Assembly: GCF_030684315.1 (NCBI RefSeq)
Contig: NC_081360.1
Span: 27,759,818 to 27,823,817, forward strand
Reading direction: 5' to 3'
Source: Stegostoma tigrinum
Taxonomy: Eukaryota
DNA: 64,000 nucleotides
A program made the translations under genes and the position numbers. Below are positions 38,802 to 51,693 of the stretch, piece after piece; the stretch's first letter is position 1; every line of letters starts with the position of its first letter. The notes under the pieces were generated by a model that searched no databases, was not told where the DNA came from, and was given only the letters and a program-made list of their open reading frames with translations.

Positions 38802-40453
38802 ATGGGAAAGGCAAGAATTATACTGTTTATATATTGTGTCAGAATCTTCCATAAAGTGTTGCAGAGTTTGAGAAATGAGTGATTTACAAAGACTTATATC
38901 TTTTCACAGATTATCTTTTATGGGGACAGGAACTTCCAGGGTCGGCACTATGAGTGCAGCAGTGACTGTGCTGACCTGACCCCTTACTTCAGCCGCTGTA
39001 ACTCCATCCGTGTTGAGAGTGACTGGTGGGTGCTGTATGAGAAACCCAATTACATGGGATACCAGTATGCTCTGACCAGGGGAGAATATCCTGACTACCA
39101 ACGCTGGATGGGATTCAATGACTGTGTCCGGTCATGCCGTTCCTATCCATACGTAAGTGATTTCTGCTGGTTTGTATACCTGGTCCAAAGTAACACTGAT
39201 AAAATGATCAATTTGCTCAACATTTGATAACCTGAACAGCAGATCTGTAGAAGCATTGGCTACTTGCACAGGCCTGAAGTTAACTTCTGCCACTGGCGTT
39301 AGCAGGCAGTAGACTCTCTGGCTGTCACCCATCCCAAGCCTCATTTATCGATTCACATGTTTCTGTCACTACCAACAACTAGTAAAGAGTCTCTGCAAGT
39401 TTGATCTTAAAATTATAATGAAGCAGTTTGCTTCTTAAGTCAATAGTTGTGCAAACTGAGCATTTTGCTTTTGCATCTGATGGCAGACAGTCCAAACTGA
39501 CACAACGACTGTGTAGTAAGTAATAAAGTTATCTACAGATGTACTAAGAAATAACTGAATACAACCAGTTAACAGATATATTTATACTTAGTCACTTTAG
39601 CTGTTTGCAAGTATTCAATATATGTTATAACAGAGAGAAAGTTACCCAACTTGGTAAATCACAAAATTACAATTATCACAAAAAGATTTTCATGGATTTT
39701 GATAAAACTCAGTATGTGTCCAACTAATATCTGTCACACATATGCTCTTACAGGCACTTCTCTGATTAGATGTACAAAATTACATAGAAACATTACAACC
39801 TAACAAAGTGATATTAATAAGTAATCTTAGCTTTGCTCCCATGATTGATGTCATCAACTGGGCCTTGTTATATGTCAATATTCACCATGTTTCACTCTAT
39901 TACTACTGCCATATGCGGGATTTGTTTAGCTCAGTTGAATGGTTGAGAAATGTAGATTAGTACGAAGTGTGTTTTTAGTCTCTGTGCTGATTGGGGACGT
40001 TCTTAGAGGTCTGGCTCACGACCCCTCTGCATGATTAGTCTGAGGTGGTATCACACAACAAAGATCCAAATGTGTAAGTGTCTTTTTCTCTCTGTGTACA
40101 GGGAATGATGCCATTTAGGCTAAACATTTTACATTTTTTAAGTATATATTTACAATATTATCTTATTTCTATTGCAGTACCGAGGAGGGTCCTACAGAAT
40201 GAAGATTTACGAGATGCCTGACTTTGGAGGACAGATGATGGAATTCACAGATGACTGTCCATCTGTCTACGATCGTTTCCGTTACCGTGACATCCACTCC
40301 TGCCACGTGATGGACGGTTACTGGATCTTCTATGAACATCCCAGCTACAGGGGGCGGCAGTACTTCCTGAGACCCGGTGAATACAGGAGATACACTGACT
40401 GGGGAGGCTACAGCTCAGCTGTTGGATCTTTCAGGCGCTTGGGGCATTTCTAG
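38802..40453 (+). CDS. gamma-crystallin gene 4, join(38802-38810,38910-39152,40178-40453), 175 aa, GC-AG first intron
   Basis: Open frame through all three exons; donor AAG|GCAAG; TATAAA 38739; AATAAA 40482; C-terminus RRLGHF. Confidence 0.92.
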
Positions 40454-43400
40454 ATTGTCATTGTAAAATATTTGCCAACATAATAAAATACTCTCCATTA
40501 CACGATCATATTGTTTAATTCACTCATTTTGAGATTTGTATCTTAATTGTCCAAAATAGTACTTGCAGTTGGTGGCCTCAGCAATCTGAGTCATATCATC
40601 ATTAAAAGTAGCAATTAGCAAAGCAGAAAATGAGTGGGCCATCCAAAATTTTGTATGGATTTTGTATGGTTCATTGGGGTTAATCTCATTATTTGGGACC
40701 AGCAAATCTTTTGATTTTCCTCTACTAGGAAATACTCCTACTTTTCCTGAAGCTGCTGTGTTTCAGCTCACTCTGCCTCAAAAGTTCCAGTGTTGCACCA
40801 GCACACTTGTCGACTGCAAAAGGGGTAACCTGCAACATAAAGACCCCAGCTTGTATGACTTACATTTCAGAGTTTTCGTGAGAAAAATGAACCAAAAACA
40901 ATATCAACCAAGGTGGTAGACAAGACGATAAGTTGGATAGCTAGCAATTTAACACTTACAGCATCAAGGAATAGCAGAGTCAAGGCTCTCAGTATAAGGG
41001 AGTGTACACCTCCAAACTTTCCACCAGTGCTGGCACAGCTCCTTACTGTCCTGACAAACCTGTTACATTGTCCTTCTCCCTACGTAAGATATACTAGCCA
41101 GTCTGTTCCCAATCCACCAACCTCCAATCCACCCATCTGCGATTGTTGACATTGAGTATGATCTTTGCCTGCAGAAGGACAGACGCATTAAGAAACATTA
41201 GTATGGGTATATGTGCACTCTCCTTGTTTTCATAGACACAGATTGAGAAGTTATTCCCTCAAGTCATGAATGTCTGTTTTATCATTACCGTTAAGAAAAT
41301 TTTGGTTTGGGGCATTGGAGGAGTGAAGGGCTCTGGTTGTTTCTTTGTAGAATTAGAGTAACTGAAAGACAATAAAGTGGTATTTAATATGTGTGCTTGA
41401 GATGGTTTGATCAAAGCCAACATTTGTAGCTTTGTTTTTGTCCAATGCAGCCCTCTGGCGTGCAAGTTCTCTCAGTTGAGACGGAAACTCAGTGACCTGA
41501 TGGTGCATAAGTTGCTATGTGTTGGAGTGCTTTTTTATGTTTTAACTGTGAAACCTGGCAGCTGTGTAATAGCCAAGACAACAAAATGTGAGGCTGGATG
41601 AACACAGCAGGCCAAGCAGCATCTCAGGAGCACAAAAGCTGACGTTTCGGGCCACAATGGCCCTTGTGTTTTACCATATTCCTGTGTCAGCCTGAGGGCC
41701 TCATAAAGGTGTCATGAGGCATGCTTGAAGAAGGTAGCCCTTGTATCTCAACAGTATCTCTATACGGTTCAAGAGACCTTCAAAGAAGGCAGGAACCTGT
41801 GAATTCTCTGCAAGATAAGAATCATAGCAGCTCCCAGGATATCTTGCACAGACCTCTAAGATCTGGGATCAATGACTGCATGTACTTTGGTCACTGATGG
41901 AGTGAAAAACTCTTCCGTTGATGAACATTGATGTTTGATGATAAAGTACTTTGAAAGCAGCATTGGTACAGTTGCTAGTGTCCTAAACCTAGGAGAAGCT
42001 AATGCGGGTGGACCCTTCCATTGCACACGTTGCTTTACTTACCTCTGAGTGAGAGGAGAGTAACAGATGCCATTTCGATAAAGGAAAGGTTATCAGTTAC
42101 ATCCTGGATGCATTCATGTGTCAAAATCAGGTCGCCAGTTGATTCTTCAAATAAAATGTTTATACTGGGATAAATTTACGTAACACAACAAAGATAATCA
42201 GCCAATGGGTGACCAGCCATTCTGAACTTGCAAATGTTATACGGCAGAACCAATATGGAAAGACTATTTGGTAAGCACACACAAACAAATACTCCCCAGT
42301 CATCACTCTCTTATATTCCAAGGAGTATATAATACATGACTGGAAGAAAGTGGAGTGAAGGGGAGGATATAAAAAACCTCTTTGACCAGCATGTGGGCAA
42401 ATCACCCAATGTGAATATAAGACAGGAACTTTGAATTCTGATGGCTCTTGGAATTAAGCCAAAATCATCAGCACACTTCCAGAAGCAAGGTTGCACGATG
42501 AAATAGATACTAAATTTGAACAGTGCCACTTCCAGAAAAAACTCAATAATCCTATTGTGACTGGAACACAGTCTGAAATGTTACACGAACAAACCAAATT
42601 GTTGCTACATTTTGGGTATTGTTGAATTTATTACCCTATATTTGTTTCATAAACTTTGATTATTTAAGGGTAACCTTCAGTTAGAAAATGGGGGCATTGA
42701 GATATGATGTACAAGCACCATTTAAAAAGTGAATCTTTTAAATGACTGTCAATCACTATCCACCTCAACTGGATGTGATTTATTAGTTCAATGACTTGTT
42801 AGTCAGTCTGAAGCAGCAGCAAAGAAGTAGTATATATAATACTAAGCTCTCAGTGAACATTATCCACATATACTTTAATCTGGAATTAAAAGCCAGCTAA
42901 TGGAGATTATGTATCCACTGCGAATTGCTGTAAAAAAAAATCCATCTGGTTCACTAATGTCCATGAAGAAAGGAAATCGACCATCCTTACCTGGTCTGGC
43001 CAACATGTGACTCCAGACCCATAGCAACGAGTCTGAATCCAGCAGCACAATAATAATTCCATGATTCTATGATATATTACTCGTGTCTTCAGTAAAAGTC
43101 TGTTCGTAGTTAAAGACTATTCTCCAGTTCTAACATTTACCCTCTGGCTATTTGAGTTTTAGCATGGAAAGGGAAAAGAAATGGAGCAATTCAAAAGCAG
43201 AAGTGAAAATTTTGGAAGTGAGATATAGCTAAAATAACAAACCAATGTATGTCATGGAGCACAAGGGTGAAGGGTGAACAAACGCTGTGTGATTTAGGGA
43301 ATGGGAAGATCAGTTTCAGAGGGCTTTAAGTTTACAATGCGCAAGAGGTGGGAAGCTAGCATTGGAACAGTCAGACAGTGCTAAAAGTCAATTCAGCAGC

Positions 43401-43769
43401 AAATTTGAAAGATGTGATGGGATCTGGATAAACAAAGTGTGCTGATTATGTAGTCTGAAAATATCCACATAGTTCTATTGATATAAAGCTTGGCCAAAGT
43501 GACACATTCTGCTCTATTTCAATTTCTTTGCATATGCAAACTAAACAATAAACAAAGCAACGATATCTGCTTATAATCTAAGCAGAGATCACAGTTCAGT
43601 GCTTTTTGTGTATTTTACTTTGAGAATAACTCAGGCCCCTAATCTTTTGCTTCGTTTTTTTTTCTGTAGGACAATCAAAATGACACGAAAGCAAACTATA
43701 AAGGGCTAATAGAATGCATCGCTCTGAGTAAAGGTGTTCTATTGTACTATCGGTAACATATTTTAGTTC

Positions 43770-43846
43770 TTTTTTTTGCTGATCTGTGCTTGAGCTTGTT
43801 TAAAATAACAAAGGCAGTTGCTGCAATGGCCTCTCAAACATATAAA
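43770..43846 (+). promoter_or_regulatory. proximal promoter of gene 5 (Maf half-site, Sox-type site, TATA)
   Basis: TTTTGCTGA with TGCTGA at 43777, ATAACAAAG near 43805, TATAAA at 43841. Confidence 0.72.
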
Positions 43847-43905
43847 TACAGAACAACCAGAGAGATGGCATGCTCAGGCACAGCTGTATCAATTGTGAGC
43901 TCACA

Positions 43906-46122
43906 ATGGGAAAGGTATGGTTAACCCTTACAGTTTTCATATTTTTATTAATAATTAATTGGAAAATACAAATATTTTGTTTCATTTCCTTTGCCCACAG
44001 ATTATCTTTTACGAGGACAGGAACTTCCAGGGTCGGCACTATGAGTGCAGCAGTGACTGTGCCGACCTGACCCCTTACTTCAGCCGCTGTAACTCCATCC
44101 GTGTTGAGAGTGACTGGTGGGTGCTGTATGAGAAACCCAATTACATGGGACACCAGTATGTTCTGACCAGGGGAGACTATCCTGACTATCAGCGCTGGAT
44201 GGGATTCAATGACTGTGTCAGGTCATGTCGCTCCTACCCTTATGTAAGTTAAACATTGTCCTTATAGATAAAATGACTGGTCACTTGGTTTATATTTATG
44301 GAGGGTTATTCACCTATTGCTTTAATCAATCAAAAAGTTGAATGGTTTGTTAATTCCACATTCCTGGGCGGCATCTGTTCATAATTAATTTAAATTTTAA
44401 AATGGAATCTAAGTGGTAAGCTGCATGTGTTTGCCTGAGCTGTAACATTCATGATTTTCCTCAGGACTGATTGATCGTCATAGCATTGATAGCAAATAGA
44501 TAGAATTGCTGTGATACACTGAGAGGGTCAAAGGTGTATTCCCACTCATCTTCCACAGATATCACAGACACCAGTCAAAACAACGTCTGCATAAACTCTC
44601 ATTGATATATGTCTTCACAAACGATATAGTAAACAGAGTGATTAAGCACTCATGATAAACCAGATACTAGAAAGGTGAGAGAAACGTAACCTGAATTTAT
44701 TCAGCCAACTAGTGTTCATATATGTATCTACATAGTGGACAACTCATGAGAAAACAGCACTTGAAATGGTCTCTTGACTTTCTTCCATTCCACTCCCAGG
44801 AAGTACTGGTTGGAAGTAACTCTTTTGGCTAGTGTACGGATTTAGGTCATAATCATCCAGGATCTCATTGAGTGCCAGAAGAGGCTTGAGGGGCACTATT
44901 GCCTATTCCTGTTCCTATGTTCCCATATTTACAAAATCAGTATTCATAAACTGGATATCCATTTCTAGCACCAAGGCTGGGTACAGTGTAATTTCATTCC
45001 ATAAAATTTTCAGCTCATGTTTTTATTTTTATCAGCAGTAATTTTTATTCAATGTTTGACAGTATTGACTATTATTAAAATGCTGATTGATACACAAAAA
45101 AAACAAAAGAACTGCGGATGCTGTAAATCAGGATCAAAACCAGAAGATGCTGGAAAAGCTCACTAAGTCTCGCTGCAACAGTGAAGAAAAAATCAGAGTT
45201 AATGTTTCAGGTCCGGTGATCCTTCCTTAGAACAGAGGAAGGTTCACCAGACCCGAAAGGTTAACCCTGAAGTTTTTCTTCACTGATTGACATATATCTG
45301 GTAGCCAAACACAGCATACTGCAAAACACAAAAGGGACATGAGCAGCTTCGTACAAAATAGGCTGTTAAATGCCTTTGTTTGAGAATTTTCATCAAAAAT
45401 GTAAATAGTTTTCCTGATGATGTTACAAGTCTAAAAACATCCTCTTTTACATAACTTTACTGCATTTTGTACAATATATTTTACTTGCATTACGAATGTT
45501 CCATCTCAGGGGAGGTGATGGCCTAGTGATATTATTGTTAGACTATTTAACCTGAGAACCAGCTAATGTCCTGGAAACCTAGGTTTCATTCCTGAGATGG
45601 AATTAAGAGTCTCATGATGCACATGAAACTATTGTCATTGTCAAAAAAAACCCATCTAGTTCACTAATGCCCTTCAGGGAAAGAAGTTGCTGTCCTTATA
45701 TGGTCCGTCCTACACATGTCTACAGTACCAAAGCAATGTGATTGATTCTTAACTGCCGTTTGGACAATTAGGGATGGGCAATATATTCTGGCCTGACTAG
45801 TGATGTCCTCATCCAGTGAAAGAATTTTAAAAATATTCTATTGCAGTACCGTGGAGGCTCCTACAGAGTGAGGATTTACGAGAGGCCTGACTTTGGAGGG
45901 CAGATGATGGAATTCATGGATGACTGTCCATCTGTCTACGATCATTTCCGTTACCATGACATCCACTCCTGCCATGTGATGGATGGCTACTGGATCTTCT
46001 ACGAACATCCCAACTACAGAGGGCGGCAGTACTTCCTGAGACCCGGTGAATACAGGAGATACACTGACTGGGGAAGCTACAGCTCAGCTGTCGGATCTTT
46101 CAGGCGAATGAGAGATTTCTAA
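43906..46122 (+). CDS. gamma-crystallin gene 5, join(43906-43914,44001-44243,45847-46122), 175 aa
   Basis: Open frame, canonical GT-AG introns, TATAAA 43841, AATAAA 46173; ORF track shows exon 2 (43959..44252) and exon 3 (45841..46122). Confidence 0.96.
45509..45826 (+). mobile_element. tRNA-derived SINE, second family, in intron 2 of gene 5
   Basis: TGGCCTAGTG A-box-like, GGTTTCATTCC B-box-like, tail TAGGGATGGGCAATA.AT.CTGGCC shared with the LINE 3' end. Confidence 0.8.
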
Positions 46123-47379
46123 TTTCTTGTTGTTGTAACAAAATTCTGACATTCTGTAATAGTCCAAAACATAATAAATATGCTGTCAGCAGAACAGTTT
46201 TGAATTCCGTCTTCTTTTCCTTGCTGTTATAGTTATTTTATCTCAAGAGAAGGACAATGGAGACATAAAGTGTAGCCATAATGTTGAAATTAAGGAAGCA
46301 GACCAGCTATCATATTTTTATTTTGAAATTGTTTTTGATTCAGGCAGCTTTGCAGATTTGATGAACCATGCTATATTTTATGAAAAATACATGCTGAGCA
46401 TTCGCAAAATTTGGTTTGTACATCCAACCTTCTGGGGTACATTGCCAAATTCTAACATTCTCTGAGATTGCTGCCTAAAGAGATTATGCGCTGTGCTGCT
46501 AGACCATAACGGGCACTTACAGAGGTCACCAGGGGAAAGGACATATCTCATAGTCAGTTTTCCCCCAACTGGTCTATGATTGACAGGAAGACTCAAGGCA
46601 GAGCAGCTTCAGTTGCTGCAGGGAGAGACTGTAAGGAAAGCTGAGGTCCTGTCTTTCCTCCCAATTCATGCAGGTCATTCTTCCTCCCCTGTGTATTCTC
46701 CACCAGAACCTCCACTGTTAATACTGTGAACTTGCATACTATCTTTTTTGGTGCCTCAATTAACCTGTGAAGTGCTGATATACATAAGGCTGTGGAACTG
46801 GAGCCCAAATATGCAATTCTATGAAGACTTGTCCAATCAGCACTTGAGTGGTAAACCTGCAGGTATCCTAATTAGCACCTTCAGGGAAGCTACCATTTTG
46901 CAATTGGCAATTTAGGACCAAATTGTGTGCAAAATTCAGACCTTCAAATTTATATGTCTTGTTCGTACAGTATCCATCCAAGTTTTTTTTTTGCATTTTG
47001 CTAAAATAAATCATTCTTCTGCTACTGGGATGGGAAATGTGCAATTCTGTTTGAGTTCCATGATTTGTAACTCAATGAAAACGTTCCCTGCAAAATATGA
47101 CTCACTGATAATATTCCACACCTGAAAATTATCACTCAAAATAAAACATGTTGTTATGTACAAGGATGTCCTGTGTCTATTCAGTAAGTTTAACCAAGAT
47201 GTTGAGATAACAATCAAAACTGCCTGGTGTTCTGTGGCCCAGTAATGCTGGAATTAAAGGTCTAACGGTAAACATGAAACCATTATTGATTGTTGTAAAA
47301 ACCTATCTCAAACATTAACGTCCTCCAGGGAAGGATATTTGACATTGTCCCCTACTGTAGCCTTCATGTGATGCCTAAC

Positions 47380-49080
47380 AAGACACTCAGTTTTTATCGA
47401 ACTGCTACAATGTTTCAGAAAAGTAAAGGAACTGGTTAAATTACCCAGCACTGATCAAGGCCGTGGAGACAATCATGGAAAACTCTGGCCCTGTCTACCC
47501 TGCAGAGTTCCTCCTTACTAACATCAGGGGGCTAGTGTCAAAATTGGAAGGGCTGTCTCACACACTACTCAAGCAATGACCTGACATAGTCATGCCTCTG
47601 AATCATAGTTTACAAACAATGTTCCAGACCCATCATCACCATCCCTGGATATGACTTGCCCCAACACCAGGATGAATCCAGCAGAGGTGGTGGCATACAC
47701 TCCGAAGAACGTCACTCTGGAAGTCCTCAACATTGATTTTAGCCCTCATGAAGTCTTGTGGTTTCAGATCAAAAATGGGAAGAAAATCTTCTGCTGTTGA
47801 TCTCCTATCATCCCACCTTGGCTGATGAACTAGTACTCCTTCATATTGAACAGCAACTGGAAAATGTACTGAGGGTGGAAAATTTACAGAACGTACTCTG
47901 GGTGGAGAATTTCAAGGTGCATCTCCAAAACTGGTTTGGTAGCAACACTGTCGATCAAGCTAGTGGATTCCTAAAAGACATGGGTGCAAGACAGAGTCCC
48001 ATCTTTACATCAAACATAATCTCTGTTATGTTTTATGGCTCTATCACTATGCCTAATGGAGTCCATTTTGAACAGATCAAGCAACTCCTAACTGTGCACG
48101 CATGAAGAGCTGTGAACCATCGGCACCAGCAGAATTTCATTCAAACTCAATCTGTTACCTCATGGGCTTGCATTTCTATAATTCAACCATTATTACCAGC
48201 ATCGGGGACTAACTCTGGTTCAATGAAGCATGTGAGAGGGATGCTCGGGGCAGCACCAAGTATTCTTAAAAATGAGATAGCCTCCTGGTGAAGCTACAAC
48301 ATAGGACTACTTGCATGCCAAATAACATTAACAGCAGTTGATACACAGGGCCAAATGATTACACAATCAATGGATCAGACCCAACCTTTGCAATCCAGTC
48401 AGATCCCATTGTGAATGATAGTGGATAACTAAATAGCAAACAGAACGGGGAGATTCCATAGCTAACCACATCTTCAACTATGGTTCAGCCCAACACATCA
48501 GAGTGAAAGGCATTTGCAGCCACCTTCAACCAGATACGCCAGGTGGATGATCTTTCTTGGCTTTCTCTAGAGGTCTCCAGTATCACAGATGTCAGTCTTG
48601 AAACAAGTCAATTTATAACATTGGCTTCTACCTGCCAATGTGGAGAATTACCCAGGTATGTCCACGAAAAGCAGGACAAATCCAGTTTGGAAAATTATAG
48701 CCTTATCATTACAGTCTTAATTACCAAACAATTGATGAAACTTGTCATTGTCAGTGCTATCAAGCAGCACTTGATTAGCAATAACCTGTTACTAATCCTC
48801 AGTTTGGATTCTTTCAGAGCCAATCATCTCCTGATCTCATTACACTCTTTGTCTGAACGTGGACAAATGGGCTGAACTCCCGAGCTGAGTTGAGACTGAC
48901 TGTCCTTGACATTAAGGCAGCATTTGATTGAGTGTTGTTTCAATGATTCTGACCAAAACTGGATTCAGAAAGAAAAATTTCCACTGGTTAGAATCATATC
49001 TAGCACAATGGACAATTGTTGTAGCAATTTGAGAATAATTTTTCCAGTCCCACAATACCCACACATGTGTTCCTCAGGGT
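47380..49080 (+). mobile_element. highly decayed LINE ORF2 (same family as 8100-10190)
   Basis: 48100-49080 is similar to the reverse complement of 9050-10190 (GTGCTATCAAGCAGCAC, CTTGACATTAAGGCAGCATTTGA, GTTCCTCAGGGTAG). Confidence 0.7.
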
Positions 49081-49780
49081 AGATATTTTGAGGAGGCTCT
49101 AGGGGTCACATTGCCTTCTTTTCCGCCAAAATCATACGTTGACTTTTCTGTGTGACATTAGCTAACCTGAAATTTAGAATGAAATGCAAGGTAGTCTGCA
49201 AGTGAAAGACAATGATTAAAATATGAAACCAAATATTAGCTGCAGACTGTCTTAATAAGCACGACCATGCAATGTTGCAGTAGTAACCACATTAAATAGA
49301 TGTTTACGCTGATAAACTTTAATGGTTTTGCAGCACAATCTGGAGGTGTAAATGTATAATTAATTATAGAGCAATTCACGAGGTAGAGCATTGGGAATAA
49401 AGCCAATGATTCTGGAAATGTCTATTTGCATCTTGAACATAATGGAGTCAGTTTCAAACAGAATGCTAAACTACTGGAAACATACCTACTTGCATGCATA
49501 ACAGCAACCATTTGAAAATTTCAATGCAAGTGCAGTATTGGAAAAACGATGGAATTTCATATATTATTGTCTTCATCACATAATGATAATTCAGTGCCTC
49601 AACTAGCTTTGCTTACAGTGAGGCCATATACGATGTGTGTTTTGCTGCGTTTGTGTTGATCTGAAATCATTGAATTCATTACAATGATGAAAGCACAATC
49701 CAGGGAGATGCTCAACACATAAATACCAAGCTGTGTGAAACAGTGAATCATTCAGCGATCAATCTAACACTAAACTCAAA

Positions 49781-51693
49781 ATGAAAAAGGCAAGGATAAA
49801 TGTATTCTGTCCATGTATTCATCATTAAAGATTGTCTAGCTTTTGAAATTATTAATTGGCAAACACATCTTTTAACAAATCAAACGGATAATATTTTACG
49901 AGGACAGGAACTTCCGGGGTTGGCACTATGGGTGCAGCAGTCACTGTGCCGACCTGTCCCCTTACTTCAGCCGCTGTAACTCCATCCGTGTTGACAGTGA
50001 CTGGTGGGTGCTGTATGAGAAACCCAATTACATGGGATACCAGTATGTTCTGACCAGGGGAGAATATCCTGACTACCAGCTTTGGATGGGATTCAATGAC
50101 AACATCAGGTCATGTTGTACCTACCCATACATAAACTATTGCAATGATTGTTTCAGGTCACATTGCTGTTACCCATATGTAAGTGATTTCTGATAGTTCT
50201 TGTTTTCTAGCCCAACTGAAATTGAAAATGACCTGTGTGCTCAACATTCATGTTTGTGTACATCAAGTCTGTAGAATTATTGTTTGTTTCCACAGTGCTG
50301 ACTTTAACTTTTGCCAGTATACCTTGGAAAAGTGGTGAAGTGTCTGCCTGACAAAACATCCAAGCATCATCACAGAATCTACAGTGTGGAAACCGGCCAT
50401 TCAGCACAACAAATCCACACCAACTCTCCAAAGAGAATCCCACTCAAAATCACCCATCCCTGCAATCCTACCCTGTAACCTTGCATTTCCCATGTCTAAT
50501 CTACCTAACTGACACATCTTAGGACACTACAGACAATTTGGCATGGCCAAACCACCCAGCCTGAACATCTTTCGTACACTGGGTGGAAACCGGAGTACGT
50601 GGCCACCACACAGACAGAGGGAGAATGTGTAAACACCATACAGACAGTTGTCCAAGGTGAAATTGAACCCAGGTCCTTGGTGCTGTGAAACAGCGATGCT
50701 AACCACTGAGCCACGAACCAGCCTAACTCATTTACTGATCCACTAACACATGTATCTGTCACTGTCCAAAGTCATTATCTGTCCTTGTAATTTTGACCTT
50801 CCAGAAAAGTAAAATGGGTTATTCCTTCAGTCAATCGTTGTGCAAACACAGTGTAGTTTCTAGGTGACATCTGACATGATTCTGTTGCAACATTGATGAA
50901 CATCTGGGATGTGAAGAGAAATGGTTATTGTCATTAATTAGACAGCCAGTAAAAGTCAAATTGCTGCAATGACAGTGTAGAAAGTAAGCATGTTATTACA
51001 GATGGGCTAGTTCCATACTGTATGTTGAGAGATATATTTGCACACAGCCCAATCATTTACTGCGAATAATTGAAACGTTACAGGAAATATAAAGCTGCCC
51101 TCACTTGGAGAAACAGATTCCTCACAATAGGAACCAGAAGTACATTTAGACTTTTACTGTTATTAATAAACTCCAGTCTAATATCAGCCTCATGCACGCT
51201 TACAGACACTTCGCTCATTATATGCACTAATTAAATAGGAACTATTTATTGGTAAAGAAATGTCAAACATAATCCAACTATTGAATCAATTTAAAAAATT
51301 AAATCAACTTTGCCCTCATTGATGGTGTCATTAATTGGCCTCATTGTATTCCTTCTTACACGACATTTCTCTTTTTCTAAAGGTACCATACATGGATCTG
51401 TAGTTTCCTCACTGATATCATCTTATTTCTATTGCAGTACCAAGGATTTACGAGAGGCCTGACTTTGGAGGACAGATGATGGAATTCATGAATGACTGTC
51501 AATCTGTCTACAATCATTTCCTTACCATGACATCCACTCCTGCCATGTGATGGATGGTTACTGGATCTTCTATGAACATCCCAGCTATAGAGGGTGGCAG
51601 TACTTCATGAGACCTGGTGAATACAGGAGATACACTGACTGGGGAGGCGACAGCTCAACTGTTGGATCTTTCAGGCGAATGAGGGATTTTTAA
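49781..51693 (+). pseudogene. gamma-crystallin pseudogene 6 (exons 49781-49789, 49888-50178, 51438-51693)
   Basis: ATGAAAAAG|GC; exon 2 acceptor CGG instead of CAG; duplicated exon 2 3' end; exon 3 is 256 nt (19-nt and 1-nt deletions) and frameshifted; TATA box is CATAAA. Confidence 0.92.
50370..50714 (-). mobile_element. V-SINE (HE1-like) in intron 2 of pseudogene 6
   Basis: Reverse strand GTGGCTCAGTGGTTAGCA, GGTTCAATTTC; homologous to 7480-7803. Confidence 0.82.
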
